A DNA stretch of 40,861 nt from an uncultured Pseudomonadales bacterium (GTDB taxonomy: Bacteria; Patescibacteriota; Microgenomatia; UBA1400; PJMF01), in NCBI GenBank assembly GCA_964611955.1, contig CAZTBN010000003.1:1-40861 (forward strand). Direction: 5' to 3'. This document shows, one piece after another, positions 27,162 to 35,124 of this stretch. Within the stretch, counting starts at the first letter, position 1; the number at the start of each line of letters is the position of its first letter. The notes under the pieces were generated by a model, which did not search any database, was not told the DNA's origin, and worked only from the letters and a program-made list of their open reading frames with translations. The translations under genes were made by a program, and so were the position numbers.

Positions 27162-27185
27162 CAAGAAAAAAAGGGAGAAGAGGAA

Positions 27186-27866
27186 ATGAACGCGAAAAAA
27201 ATGCTATTGGTTGGTTTGTTGGTTTTGGTCGCCGTGATGGCGGCCAGCTGCGCTCAGATCGAGGGCTACCAAGTGACGGCGCCAGATGGTGCCGTTTACA
27301 AGGTGGTCCAGGTCTCGGGGGCTGTAACCCCGACGATCATGGCGCCTAGCGCGACCGACATGCCGACGGAAACGGCCACGGTTACGCCGACGGCCACGGT
27401 CACCACGACGGCCAATGAGACGGCAACGGTCACGTCCACGACCATGGCCACGCTGGCCGCAACGGTCGCGCCTAGCGCGACCATCACCCTCACGCTGGGG
27501 GTCGAGAGCCGCGAGGAGCGGCTTGAGCGGCTTACTCAGGTCTTCAAGAATGGCCTCGAGCCCATGCTCAAAGAGGCGGGTTTCGCCTGGAGTTCTCTCC
27601 GGGTTGAGGCACGCCAGATCGAGGAGGAGGTCAATGTCGATGAGATATTGGCCTCAGGTGTCCAGGTTGAGGTTACTGGACTGACGGCCCCCTGGCCGTC
27701 GGGCTTTACCACCGACCGTGAGGTAGTGACGGGTCGGGGATATCAACCCGACCTAAGGAACCCGTCCAAAATCTGGACGGACGTGGTGGGCTACACAGGT
27801 CCGGCCACTTTGTGGCTGGACCTTTCGGACTGGGGCCAACTGGCCCCCGTCACGCCGACCCCGTAA
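27186..27866 (+). CDS. High-GC lipoprotein with a Thr/Ala/Pro-rich linker (226 aa), compositionally foreign
   Basis: SD GGGAGAAGAGGAA lies before the ATG at 27186. Lipoprotein signal MNAKKMLLVGLLVLVAVMAAS-C. Linker TETATVTPTATVTTTANETATVTSTT. Strong G/C third-position bias (ACG, GCC, GTC, GAG). The ORF-track frame 27117..27866 is the only frame with this codon periodicity and a signal peptide. Confidence 0.7.
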   Translation: MNAKKMLLVGLLVLVAVMAASCAQIEGYQVTAPDGAVYKVVQVSGAVTPTIMAPSATDMPTETATVTPTATVTTTANETATVTSTTMATLAATVAPSATITLTLGVESREERLERLTQVFKNGLEPMLKEAGFAWSSLRVEARQIEEEVNVDEILASGVQVEVTGLTAPWPSGFTTDREVVTGRGYQPDLRNPSKIWTDVVGYTGPATLWLDLSDWGQLAPVTPTP

Positions 27867-27968
27867 GGGGTCGGAAGGGGGTCGCCTCTCGCGAGGGACC
27901 CCCAGCGCGATCTGTATGTCTTCATCCCCCCTCTCTTTGGGCAAAAAAAAAGCTCTTAGAGAGGGGGA
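27855..27968 (+). other. Three GC-rich stem-loops at and after the lipoprotein stop codon
   Basis: First: CCGACCCC-GTAA-GGGGTCGG (27855-27874), with the TAA stop inside the tetraloop. Second: GGGGGTC(G)CCTC-TCGC-GAGGGACCCCC (27877-27903). Third: TCCCCC(C)TCTCT ... AGAGAGGGGGA (27925-27968), with a 21-nt A-rich loop. No clean U-run follows any of them. Confidence 0.5.
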
Positions 27969-28042
27969 GATCCCTTAGTTTAGAATTTTCTTTTCTAGTT
28001 TAAGGAATCTCTTTGAAATTTTATCTGCTCAATAAAAATATA

Positions 28043-29362
28043 ATGATAAATAAATTAATTAAACAATTTAATACTAGTGATACTAGTTTGATTATCTCTG
28101 GTTATCCTCAAGAAAAAGGAAAGCAGTCTAATCATGGTATTGCCTGGTACACACAACAAAGTATTGAGCCAATTGCTGCTAAATTTGGCAAACAGTTTGT
28201 GGTGCTTACTGAAAATAATGCTAATACTACTGTCTCAAAATTAGAAAAACATGCTCATAATAAGGTTTTAGTGTGGAGATTGTTTGATAAATCTAAAATT
28301 TATTTATATCCTCAAATTTTAAGAGCTTTAAAGAATTTTCCAAAAATTAAACAAGTTTTTGTTCATAGTGAGTTTGGTACTAAAGGCATGTGGCATTTCG
28401 CTTTGCTGATCCCTTTTCTGTTACTGATAAAACTTACTGGTAAAAAAATCACCTTTTTTTCTCATAATGTTTTAGATAATGTGCAGATGTTGTCAGGACA
28501 TTTAAATTTAAGTTCTAACTCAATCTTGACTCATTTTTTAAATTTAGCTTTGAAAGTGTATTATTTTTTACTTGGAGCTTTAGTTAATAAAATTGTAGTT
28601 TTAGATGAAGTTTTGGTTAAAAGACTTAAAACTTATGTTCCAGAACACAAAATAGTGTCTTTACCGATTCCAGTTGAGTCAAAAAAACCTAAGATTACCC
28701 AAGCTCAAGCTAAAAAACAGTTGGGTTATAAAAAAACTGACAAAGTTTTGTTATTTTTTGGCTTTGTTACTTGGTACAAGGGTGCTGACTGGTTAATTAA
28801 AACATTTGATAAGTTAGTTTCAAATAGCAAGGAACCAGTTAAGCTTATTATTGCTGGGGGCCCTTCTTACTCACTTAAAAATAAGCCATATTATCAAGAA
28901 TATTATCAACAGTTGGTTCAACTGGCTGATAAAAACCCCAATATTACTCTGACTGGTTTTGTCAAACAAGAACTGATTGAAACTTATTTTCAAGCTGCTG
29001 ATCTTACAATTTTTCCTTATCGCGGTTTGATGGGTGCTAGTGGCAGCATGAATCATGCCCTTTCTTATCATAAACCATTTGTGGTTAGTCAAGACATGAA
29101 AGAAATTTTGCTAGCTACTGATATTAAAAAAATCTTAGCAATTCATAAACTTCAAATTAATGATCTCACTTTCTCTTTAACTACAGATGGGCTAAAATCA
29201 GTCATATCATTAATTAATCATGGTTATAAACTTAGAGCCTTATCAAAGATTTCTAAAGCTATAGCTCAGTCAAGAAATATTACTCAACAAGTTGATGAAG
29301 AATATTGTAAAATTTATCAAGACCAAACTTTGCTTAATCAATCAGCCTATCAATTGGGCTAA
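28043..29362 (+). CDS. GT-B fold glycosyltransferase (group 1 family)
   Basis: FGFVTWYKGADWL, LIIAGGPS, LTGFV and FPYRGLMGASGSMNHALSYHKPFVVS. The ATG at 28043 is preferred over the TTG at 28013 in the ORF track. Confidence 0.8.
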   Translation: MINKLIKQFNTSDTSLIISGYPQEKGKQSNHGIAWYTQQSIEPIAAKFGKQFVVLTENNANTTVSKLEKHAHNKVLVWRLFDKSKIYLYPQILRALKNFPKIKQVFVHSEFGTKGMWHFALLIPFLLLIKLTGKKITFFSHNVLDNVQMLSGHLNLSSNSILTHFLNLALKVYYFLLGALVNKIVVLDEVLVKRLKTYVPEHKIVSLPIPVESKKPKITQAQAKKQLGYKKTDKVLLFFGFVTWYKGADWLIKTFDKLVSNSKEPVKLIIAGGPSYSLKNKPYYQEYYQQLVQLADKNPNITLTGFVKQELIETYFQAADLTIFPYRGLMGASGSMNHALSYHKPFVVSQDMKEILLATDIKKILAIHKLQINDLTFSLTTDGLKSVISLINHGYKLRALSKISKAIAQSRNITQQVDEEYCKIYQDQTLLNQSAYQLG

Positions 29363-32300
29363 GAGTTTAAGCTGGGCCATTCTCCTTCTCGTTTTAAGTG
29401 TTGTTATCATCACTAATTTTCATGGTAGTTATTGGTTAATTGGCTGGGATAATATTCAACCTGAATTTGACACAACTGGTAATATTTTTAAGGCCTTAAC
29501 AGCTGTTTGGCAAAACAATCAGGGTTTGGGACATGTGGGAGGTCATGGTTATGCCGCTTTATTACCTCATGCCATTTTTATTTTTCTGTTGGATTTGTTT
29601 TTACCAGCTCATTTAATAAGACTAATCTTTTGTTTTTTAATGCTTGTAAGTGGTGTGATTGGAGCGAAAGTATTATTGACCCATTTTTTTGAAAAAGATG
29701 ACAATAAAGCTTGGATAAGTTTAAGCGGTGCTTTATTTTATTTATTTAATTTAGTTACAATACAAAATTTTTATGCGCCTCTTGAAACTTTTATTATATT
29801 TTATGGTTTGTTGCCCTGGGTTATTCTGTCGTTTAGTAAATGGTTTAATCAACCCAATCTTACTAATATTATAAAATTTTTTGCTATTAATGTTTTGTTT
29901 TCCAGTATCGGTTTTATTCCTCCTGTTTTTGTGGTTTACAGCTTGATGATTGGTTTTATGTTGTTTTTTGCCTTGTTCCAGAAAAAAATTAAGCTAAAAT
30001 CAGCATTGTTAATCCCCTTAGTTCTTCTAGTAACTAATGCCTACTGGTTATTACCAGTTGGCTATTTTACTTTAACCCAGCCAGACGTTTATTTAAATTC
30101 TTATAACAATCAGTTATCTACTCAAAATTTTAATTATGAAAGCACTGACTATGGTAATTTATTAGACACAATGTTATTCAGAAGCTTTTTTCTAGATGCT
30201 TTAGATAGCAAATCTAGCGAAGAAAGTGGTGTTTTTTTTATCATGGATAGTTGGCGTAATTTAAGCCGAGCTCCTCGTTACATGATAATTGGAATTATTT
30301 TTTTTATCGTGACTTTGGCTGGTCTTTTTTATAGTTCTGTTAAGAAAACTAGACAATTATCAAATAGTTTTTTATTGCTACCATTTTTTATTTTTTGTTT
30401 TATAGCGTTAGCTCCTAATGTACCAGTTATTGAGCAAATTAATGATTTGTTAAAGAAAATTCCCATAATTAATCAAGCGTTTAGAGCATCTTTTACTAAG
30501 TTTTCAGTGGCTTTTTTGTTAAGTTATGTCATATTTTTTTCTGCAGGCATTGCGTGGTTACTCACTTTTGTTCAAAAGCTATTTAAATTTTCTAAATATC
30601 TATTTTTAGGAATAGTTATTTTTATTCTGCTTATCTATCTCTATCCGATTTATAAAGGAAATTTATTTTATAATCGTTTGCGATTAAATGTTCCCAATAG
30701 TTATCAAGAAATGTTTGCTTATTTTAAAACGCAAAATAAAGATGACAGAATTCTTAATTTGCCTATCGTTTGGAATTGGGGTTGGGTAGTTTATGATTGG
30801 GGATATACTGGCTCTGGTTTTCTCTGGTATGGTTTAGATCAGCCCATTGTTGATCGGTCATTTGATGTGTGGAGTAAATACAATGAACAATTTTATTGGC
30901 AATTTGATCATGCTTTGCTAGAAAACGACTTAGTTTTATTTGAAACAGTTTTAGATCAATATCAAATTACTTGGCTTTTGGTTGATGATAGCTTAATTAT
31001 TGATAATTCTAAAAAGCAACAATATGACAATTTAGAAAAATTAATAGCACAGACTCAAGCATTTCACTTGGAGAAAGAGTTTGATCATTTAAAACTTTAT
31101 CAAGCTAATCAGCAAGGACAATTAATTGAACCAATCAATCAAGTTGAAAAAATTCAACAGTTGCCTGATTACAAGTATTTAGACTTTGCTTATTTAACAT
31201 CAGGAAATTATATTGAAAATAATCTTGAAGATACAATTTATCCCTTTGCAGAGCTGTTTGCCAAGCGAGCTTTAACAAGTTGGCAAGTGCAGGATAATTC
31301 TTTGCTAAAAGTTTTAAATTTAAGCACTGATACTTATCAAGTTATCAATACCAATGATATTGCTCAAGAAGTTACATTTCAAGTAAAACTTAATAAGGAT
31401 CGCGAAAGTCTTAAAATTCTTTTGGAACCAGTTTATCCCACTATTATTGGAGATCAAACATATCATCGTCAGTATCAAGAATTAGAAATTGTTATTCCTC
31501 AATTTATTAACCCATTAGCTAAAGTGGTGATTGGCAATCAAGTTTTTGATCTTCTAGATGGTCAATCTAATTTAGGTGAAGTGACTCTTGCTGCCAGAGA
31601 TCAAATAGTTGTGAATTTTTTCAGTTTTAAAGAAGATAAAAAAATATCTCCCACAGCACAGGAATTGTCAGATTCTGCACGAGTTATTTGGTATAAAGAG
31701 GGTGCAACTATTAATTATCAAGTTACAGTATTAGATCAAGAGATAATTAGTTTTGAGTCAAGTAATTCATTAATAGTTTTTCCTACAAAACTTGGTGATT
31801 TCGAAGACAGTGTCGTGGTTGATATCAGCGGGTTGGTGGCGGATCAACAGCGTCCTAATTATTGTGTTAGTAAGGAAGGTGACGAGCAGTATCAATGTTA
31901 TCATTCAGCACCTTATGCTGATCATAAAATCGATGACAACTGGAATGCTTTTAAAAAATCAGTTTATTTAAATCAAGAAGGTGCGTATTGGCTAGATTTA
32001 TTGGGCTCAGAACCTTTTGTAGACGATCAAGTTGTTTATCAAAAATATAAGGACGTTAGCTATCAGATTTATCAGCTTGAAGAAACAGTTATTTTAAAAG
32101 AAGATATTTGGGATAAATTACTAGATAAACAAGAAGTAGCTTTCAATAGTCAGCAAGCAAATATATGGACTATAAATCTGCCAGTTTCTGACCAACAAAT
32201 TAATTTTTTAGGATCTGAAGTCTTGGCTAATTGTGATTTTTTAGCAAGAGGAGAAATTTATTCTTCAATTATAAATAATAATTTATTATTATCAGCCAAA

Positions 32301-32966
32301 CACAATGGTAATAGCTGTATTACTATTCCTATAACTGAAAAATTAACCCATAAGCAAGTTGTCATTAGAGTGAAGGGCAAGAATGTTCAGGGAAAAGATT
32401 TAAAGATATATTTTTCTGATAGCTCTGGCAAAATTGGAGAAACAGAGTATCCTTTGAAAGGTAAAGAATTTGATTCCTTGATACCACTCACGATAGATCC
32501 AACCAAGAAATTAAATATTCATTTTGAATCTAAATCATTTCAAGCAACTGAATCAGAATCAGTAATTGAATCTATCAGTGTGTTAGAAATTTTAGATGAT
32601 TCTTTTGATTCTTTCAAATTACAGCCAGTTCAAGATATCAATAAGCAAAACTCTTTAGATTTTGGAGAATTTAACCATAAAGGTATAGGGGATTTTGCAT
32701 ATACAGTTGATTATCAAAAAAACGAAGCGGGTTTAATCAGTCTTTCTCAAGGCTTTGATCAGGGCTGGCTAGCTATCAACTGGCAAGGTCTTGCTGATGT
32801 TGAAATTTTGCCACACTATAGGCTCAACGGCTGGGCTAATGCCTGGCAAGTTCCGGCTGGTGAACAGCAACTGATTATCATTTTCTGGCCACAGTTATTG
32901 CAATTTGGTGGTTTTGCCTTGCTCATTATTGGCGCAACTGTTTTAATTATCAAACTGCGTCGCTAA
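29295..32966 (+). CDS. Very large polytopic membrane protein, GT-C-like (YfhO/AftD-type architecture)
   Basis: About 12 or more hydrophobic helices in the first 470 aa, a roughly 730-aa soluble region, and a terminal TM LQFGGFALLIIGATVLII. The family call rests on architecture only. The ATG at 29295 overlaps the upstream gene by 68 nt. Confidence 0.6.
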   Translation: MKNIVKFIKTKLCLINQPINWAKSLSWAILLLVLSVVIITNFHGSYWLIGWDNIQPEFDTTGNIFKALTAVWQNNQGLGHVGGHGYAALLPHAIFIFLLDLFLPAHLIRLIFCFLMLVSGVIGAKVLLTHFFEKDDNKAWISLSGALFYLFNLVTIQNFYAPLETFIIFYGLLPWVILSFSKWFNQPNLTNIIKFFAINVLFSSIGFIPPVFVVYSLMIGFMLFFALFQKKIKLKSALLIPLVLLVTNAYWLLPVGYFTLTQPDVYLNSYNNQLSTQNFNYESTDYGNLLDTMLFRSFFLDALDSKSSEESGVFFIMDSWRNLSRAPRYMIIGIIFFIVTLAGLFYSSVKKTRQLSNSFLLLPFFIFCFIALAPNVPVIEQINDLLKKIPIINQAFRASFTKFSVAFLLSYVIFFSAGIAWLLTFVQKLFKFSKYLFLGIVIFILLIYLYPIYKGNLFYNRLRLNVPNSYQEMFAYFKTQNKDDRILNLPIVWNWGWVVYDWGYTGSGFLWYGLDQPIVDRSFDVWSKYNEQFYWQFDHALLENDLVLFETVLDQYQITWLLVDDSLIIDNSKKQQYDNLEKLIAQTQAFHLEKEFDHLKLYQANQQGQLIEPINQVEKIQQLPDYKYLDFAYLTSGNYIENNLEDTIYPFAELFAKRALTSWQVQDNSLLKVLNLSTDTYQVINTNDIAQEVTFQVKLNKDRESLKILLEPVYPTIIGDQTYHRQYQELEIVIPQFINPLAKVVIGNQVFDLLDGQSNLGEVTLAARDQIVVNFFSFKEDKKISPTAQELSDSARVIWYKEGATINYQVTVLDQEIISFESSNSLIVFPTKLGDFEDSVVVDISGLVADQQRPNYCVSKEGDEQYQCYHSAPYADHKIDDNWNAFKKSVYLNQEGAYWLDLLGSEPFVDDQVVYQKYKDVSYQIYQLEETVILKEDIWDKLLDKQEVAFNSQQANIWTINLPVSDQQINFLGSEVLANCDFLARGEIYSSIINNNLLLSAKHNGNSCITIPITEKLTHKQVVIRVKGKNVQGKDLKIYFSDSSGKIGETEYPLKGKEFDSLIPLTIDPTKKLNIHFESKSFQATESESVIESISVLEILDDSFDSFKLQPVQDINKQNSLDFGEFNHKGIGDFAYTVDYQKNEAGLISLSQGFDQGWLAINWQGLADVEILPHYRLNGWANAWQVPAGEQQLIIIFWPQLLQFGGFALLIIGATVLIIKLRR

Positions 32967-33027
32967 CTTTTTTAAGTTGCTTGTTTTTTGAAAGCTTGAA
33001 GTCAGTAAACTCTGTTTTACTGATAGC

Positions 33028-34998
33028 ATGTTTTTCTTTTTCTTCATATTTAAACTTCTTAACTTCATTTTTCAACTTATCTTATTAATTTTGCAACCGT
33101 TTTATTTTCCAAGCTCACATCTAAAAACAATAATTTTCAATATTTTTTCTCCCCCTCCAGTCTTTGCCGCCACTCACCAGCCCGATCCCATTTTTGCTGA
33201 TGATTTTTCATCCGGACTAACAAAATGGAAACAAGTGGCTGGCTTGCCCAAGCATTGGCAAATTAGTGCTGATGGTTGGCTAGATGTCAGGATCAATACT
33301 CCTCAAACCATTACTGTGTTGGTGCCTCAAGATCAGGTGTGGCAACAGTCGTGGCGTAATTATCAGCTTGAGTTTGATTTTGAGATTTTTTCTTCGGCTG
33401 ATATCAATTTTAATTGGGGTTTTACTGATATGAGCAATTGGTATGAGATTCATTTTTACAATGGTTTTTTTTATTTGATTAGAGTCAAAAATGGTCAACT
33501 GATTTTTTCTCACACTGGCGAGTATGATCTGCCCATTAATTCTCAACATCGAGTGACGATTATTTTTAACTATGGCAGAATTCAGGTTATGATTGATAAT
33601 GATCTGGTAGTTTCAAGATTAGATAGCAGTTATGAAGCTAACTCGGGCAAGATTGCTTTGCGTGTTACTACTGGCGCTGCTTATCCCACTCATGTCAGGT
33701 TTGACAATTTAGCTGTTTATTTATTCACTGATTCTGTTGATCAGGTTTTATCCCTGACCAAATTTTCTCAGCACGTCTTACCTTGGAGCAATGATGAATA
33801 TGATCAAGCTTTGAGTTGGCCTAGTTGGGGTGATTGGCAAGCGCGCGAACCATTGGTGGTGCCTAAGCGGGTTAGGATTAGCCACTGGGGTTGTGCTTTG
33901 AGTTCACTAGCTATGATTCTGGATTATTATGATTTAAACTTGATTCCCGCTGTTGATGCGAGCAGTAATTTTTTAGCTGTGCCTCTTAATCCAGGTACCC
34001 TGAATGAGTGGCTGAAACAGCAAGCTGATGGTTATCTTGGTGAGGGAAGTATAAATTGGTTGGCTGGTTCTCGTCTCTCTAAAAAAATCAGTGATGAGTT
34101 TTCAACAGCGCTCAATCCTCTGCCTAAACTAGAATATCATCGTAATTATTCTGCTGATCAACAGTTTGTAAAAGACATGATTAGTCATAATCGGCCAGCA
34201 ATTTTGCAAATTCCTGGTCATTTTTTAGTTGCCCATGGCTATGCCCAAGCTGATGATGATTTTTATATTACTGATCCTGCTTATAAATATGATAAGTTAA
34301 GTCAGCATGAACAGTCCTTGCTTTCAGTCATTGATTATCAACCCAGCCAGACCGATCTAAGTTATTTAATGTTGGTTTATGATGCCAAATTGAAACTTGA
34401 TTTATTGGATGCTGATATGCAAATTATTGATCAAGGTTTTTTTGCTCAGGACACTGTAGCTCAGCCAGAATATGATCATGAACAGTGTTTGCTTGAGAGT
34501 GAGTATCCCAGCGATTGTTTTAGTACTCATGCCACTCCAATGGTGCAATATTTTAGCAAATTAGCCACGGCTGATTATTATTTGCGAGTCAGTTTGCAGG
34601 ATGCAGTTGAACTGTCGAGTTTATCCCTGCCTTTACATTGGCAAATTTTTGTTTACGATACTGCTGGCGAAGTTAAAATGATGGATCGCTATTTTTTTGC
34701 TGATGAAGAACTGCTTCAGTTGCAGGTTAATCAGCAGGATCTGACCTTAGTGTCAGCTCAAAGTTTATTAGTGCCTGATTTGGCTGAGTTTGCTCAATCT
34801 CTAGCAACCTTAGCTGATTTTACTCAACTGTCTCCCTATCTTTATTTTAGATTACAAGAAATAGCTACTTGGTCAATGGCTGTTAGCTCTAGTGAACAAA
34901 AAGATCGCTATCAACAGTTAATTTTAGCTTTACTAACTGCTTTTTCAGCACAAATAACTCCGTCAGCTAAAAATCAGTTGTTTTTGAGCTTACTCTGA
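33028..34998 (+). CDS. Secreted protein with a concanavalin-A-like (DUF1080/LamG-type) domain plus a C39-like cysteine peptidase domain
   Basis: Hydrophobic N-terminus. Lectin-like region FADDFSSGLTKWKQ...WRNYQLEFDFEI...GKIALRVTTGAAYPTHVRFDNLAVY. Peptidase motifs HWGCALSSLAMILDYY and PGHFLVAHGY...ITDP. The stop is TGA. Confidence 0.7.
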   Translation: MFFFFFIFKLLNFIFQLILLILQPFYFPSSHLKTIIFNIFSPPPVFAATHQPDPIFADDFSSGLTKWKQVAGLPKHWQISADGWLDVRINTPQTITVLVPQDQVWQQSWRNYQLEFDFEIFSSADINFNWGFTDMSNWYEIHFYNGFFYLIRVKNGQLIFSHTGEYDLPINSQHRVTIIFNYGRIQVMIDNDLVVSRLDSSYEANSGKIALRVTTGAAYPTHVRFDNLAVYLFTDSVDQVLSLTKFSQHVLPWSNDEYDQALSWPSWGDWQAREPLVVPKRVRISHWGCALSSLAMILDYYDLNLIPAVDASSNFLAVPLNPGTLNEWLKQQADGYLGEGSINWLAGSRLSKKISDEFSTALNPLPKLEYHRNYSADQQFVKDMISHNRPAILQIPGHFLVAHGYAQADDDFYITDPAYKYDKLSQHEQSLLSVIDYQPSQTDLSYLMLVYDAKLKLDLLDADMQIIDQGFFAQDTVAQPEYDHEQCLLESEYPSDCFSTHATPMVQYFSKLATADYYLRVSLQDAVELSSLSLPLHWQIFVYDTAGEVKMMDRYFFADEELLQLQVNQQDLTLVSAQSLLVPDLAEFAQSLATLADFTQLSPYLYFRLQEIATWSMAVSSSEQKDRYQQLILALLTAFSAQITPSAKNQLFLSLL

Positions 34999-35124
34999 AA
35001 TTACTTGATTCTTAGGGTAAAATATAAGTTCTGATTAAATAATCTGCAATTTATAATGAATTTATAATCAGATTTAGGGTTCTAAGGGAAATTTCCTTTA
35101 GCAATGAGTTAAAACGCAATATCT

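Noticed and set aside
26801-27185. Known RNA families for the structured leader: RNase P, tmRNA, SRP/4.5S, 6S, cobalamin, TPP and FMN riboswitches, T-box, group II intron domain V, retron msr/msd.
   Set aside because: I found only trivial partial matches (ACCTGAT, GGATTCAGT, GCCACTC), without the surrounding conserved cores. There is no RT gene for a retron or intron, and no tRNA-like end or tag frame for tmRNA. This was a by-eye check only, so a covariance-model scan is still needed.
27330-27480. The internally repetitive ACG/GCC-rich segment as a diversity-generating retroelement target or template.
   Set aside because: There is no reverse transcriptase and no second near-identical template copy in the window. 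The repetition is explained by a Thr/Ala/Val low-complexity linker.
27035-28003. ORF-track entries 27035-27349 (+), 27296-27493 (-), 27415-27684 (+), 27753-27944 (-) and 27812-28003 (+), considered as separate genes.
   Set aside because: They are open only because high-GC DNA lacks stop codons. Their products are Arg/Pro/Gly-rich low-complexity strings with no start context. Only the 27186-27866 frame has an SD, a signal peptide and third-position GC bias.
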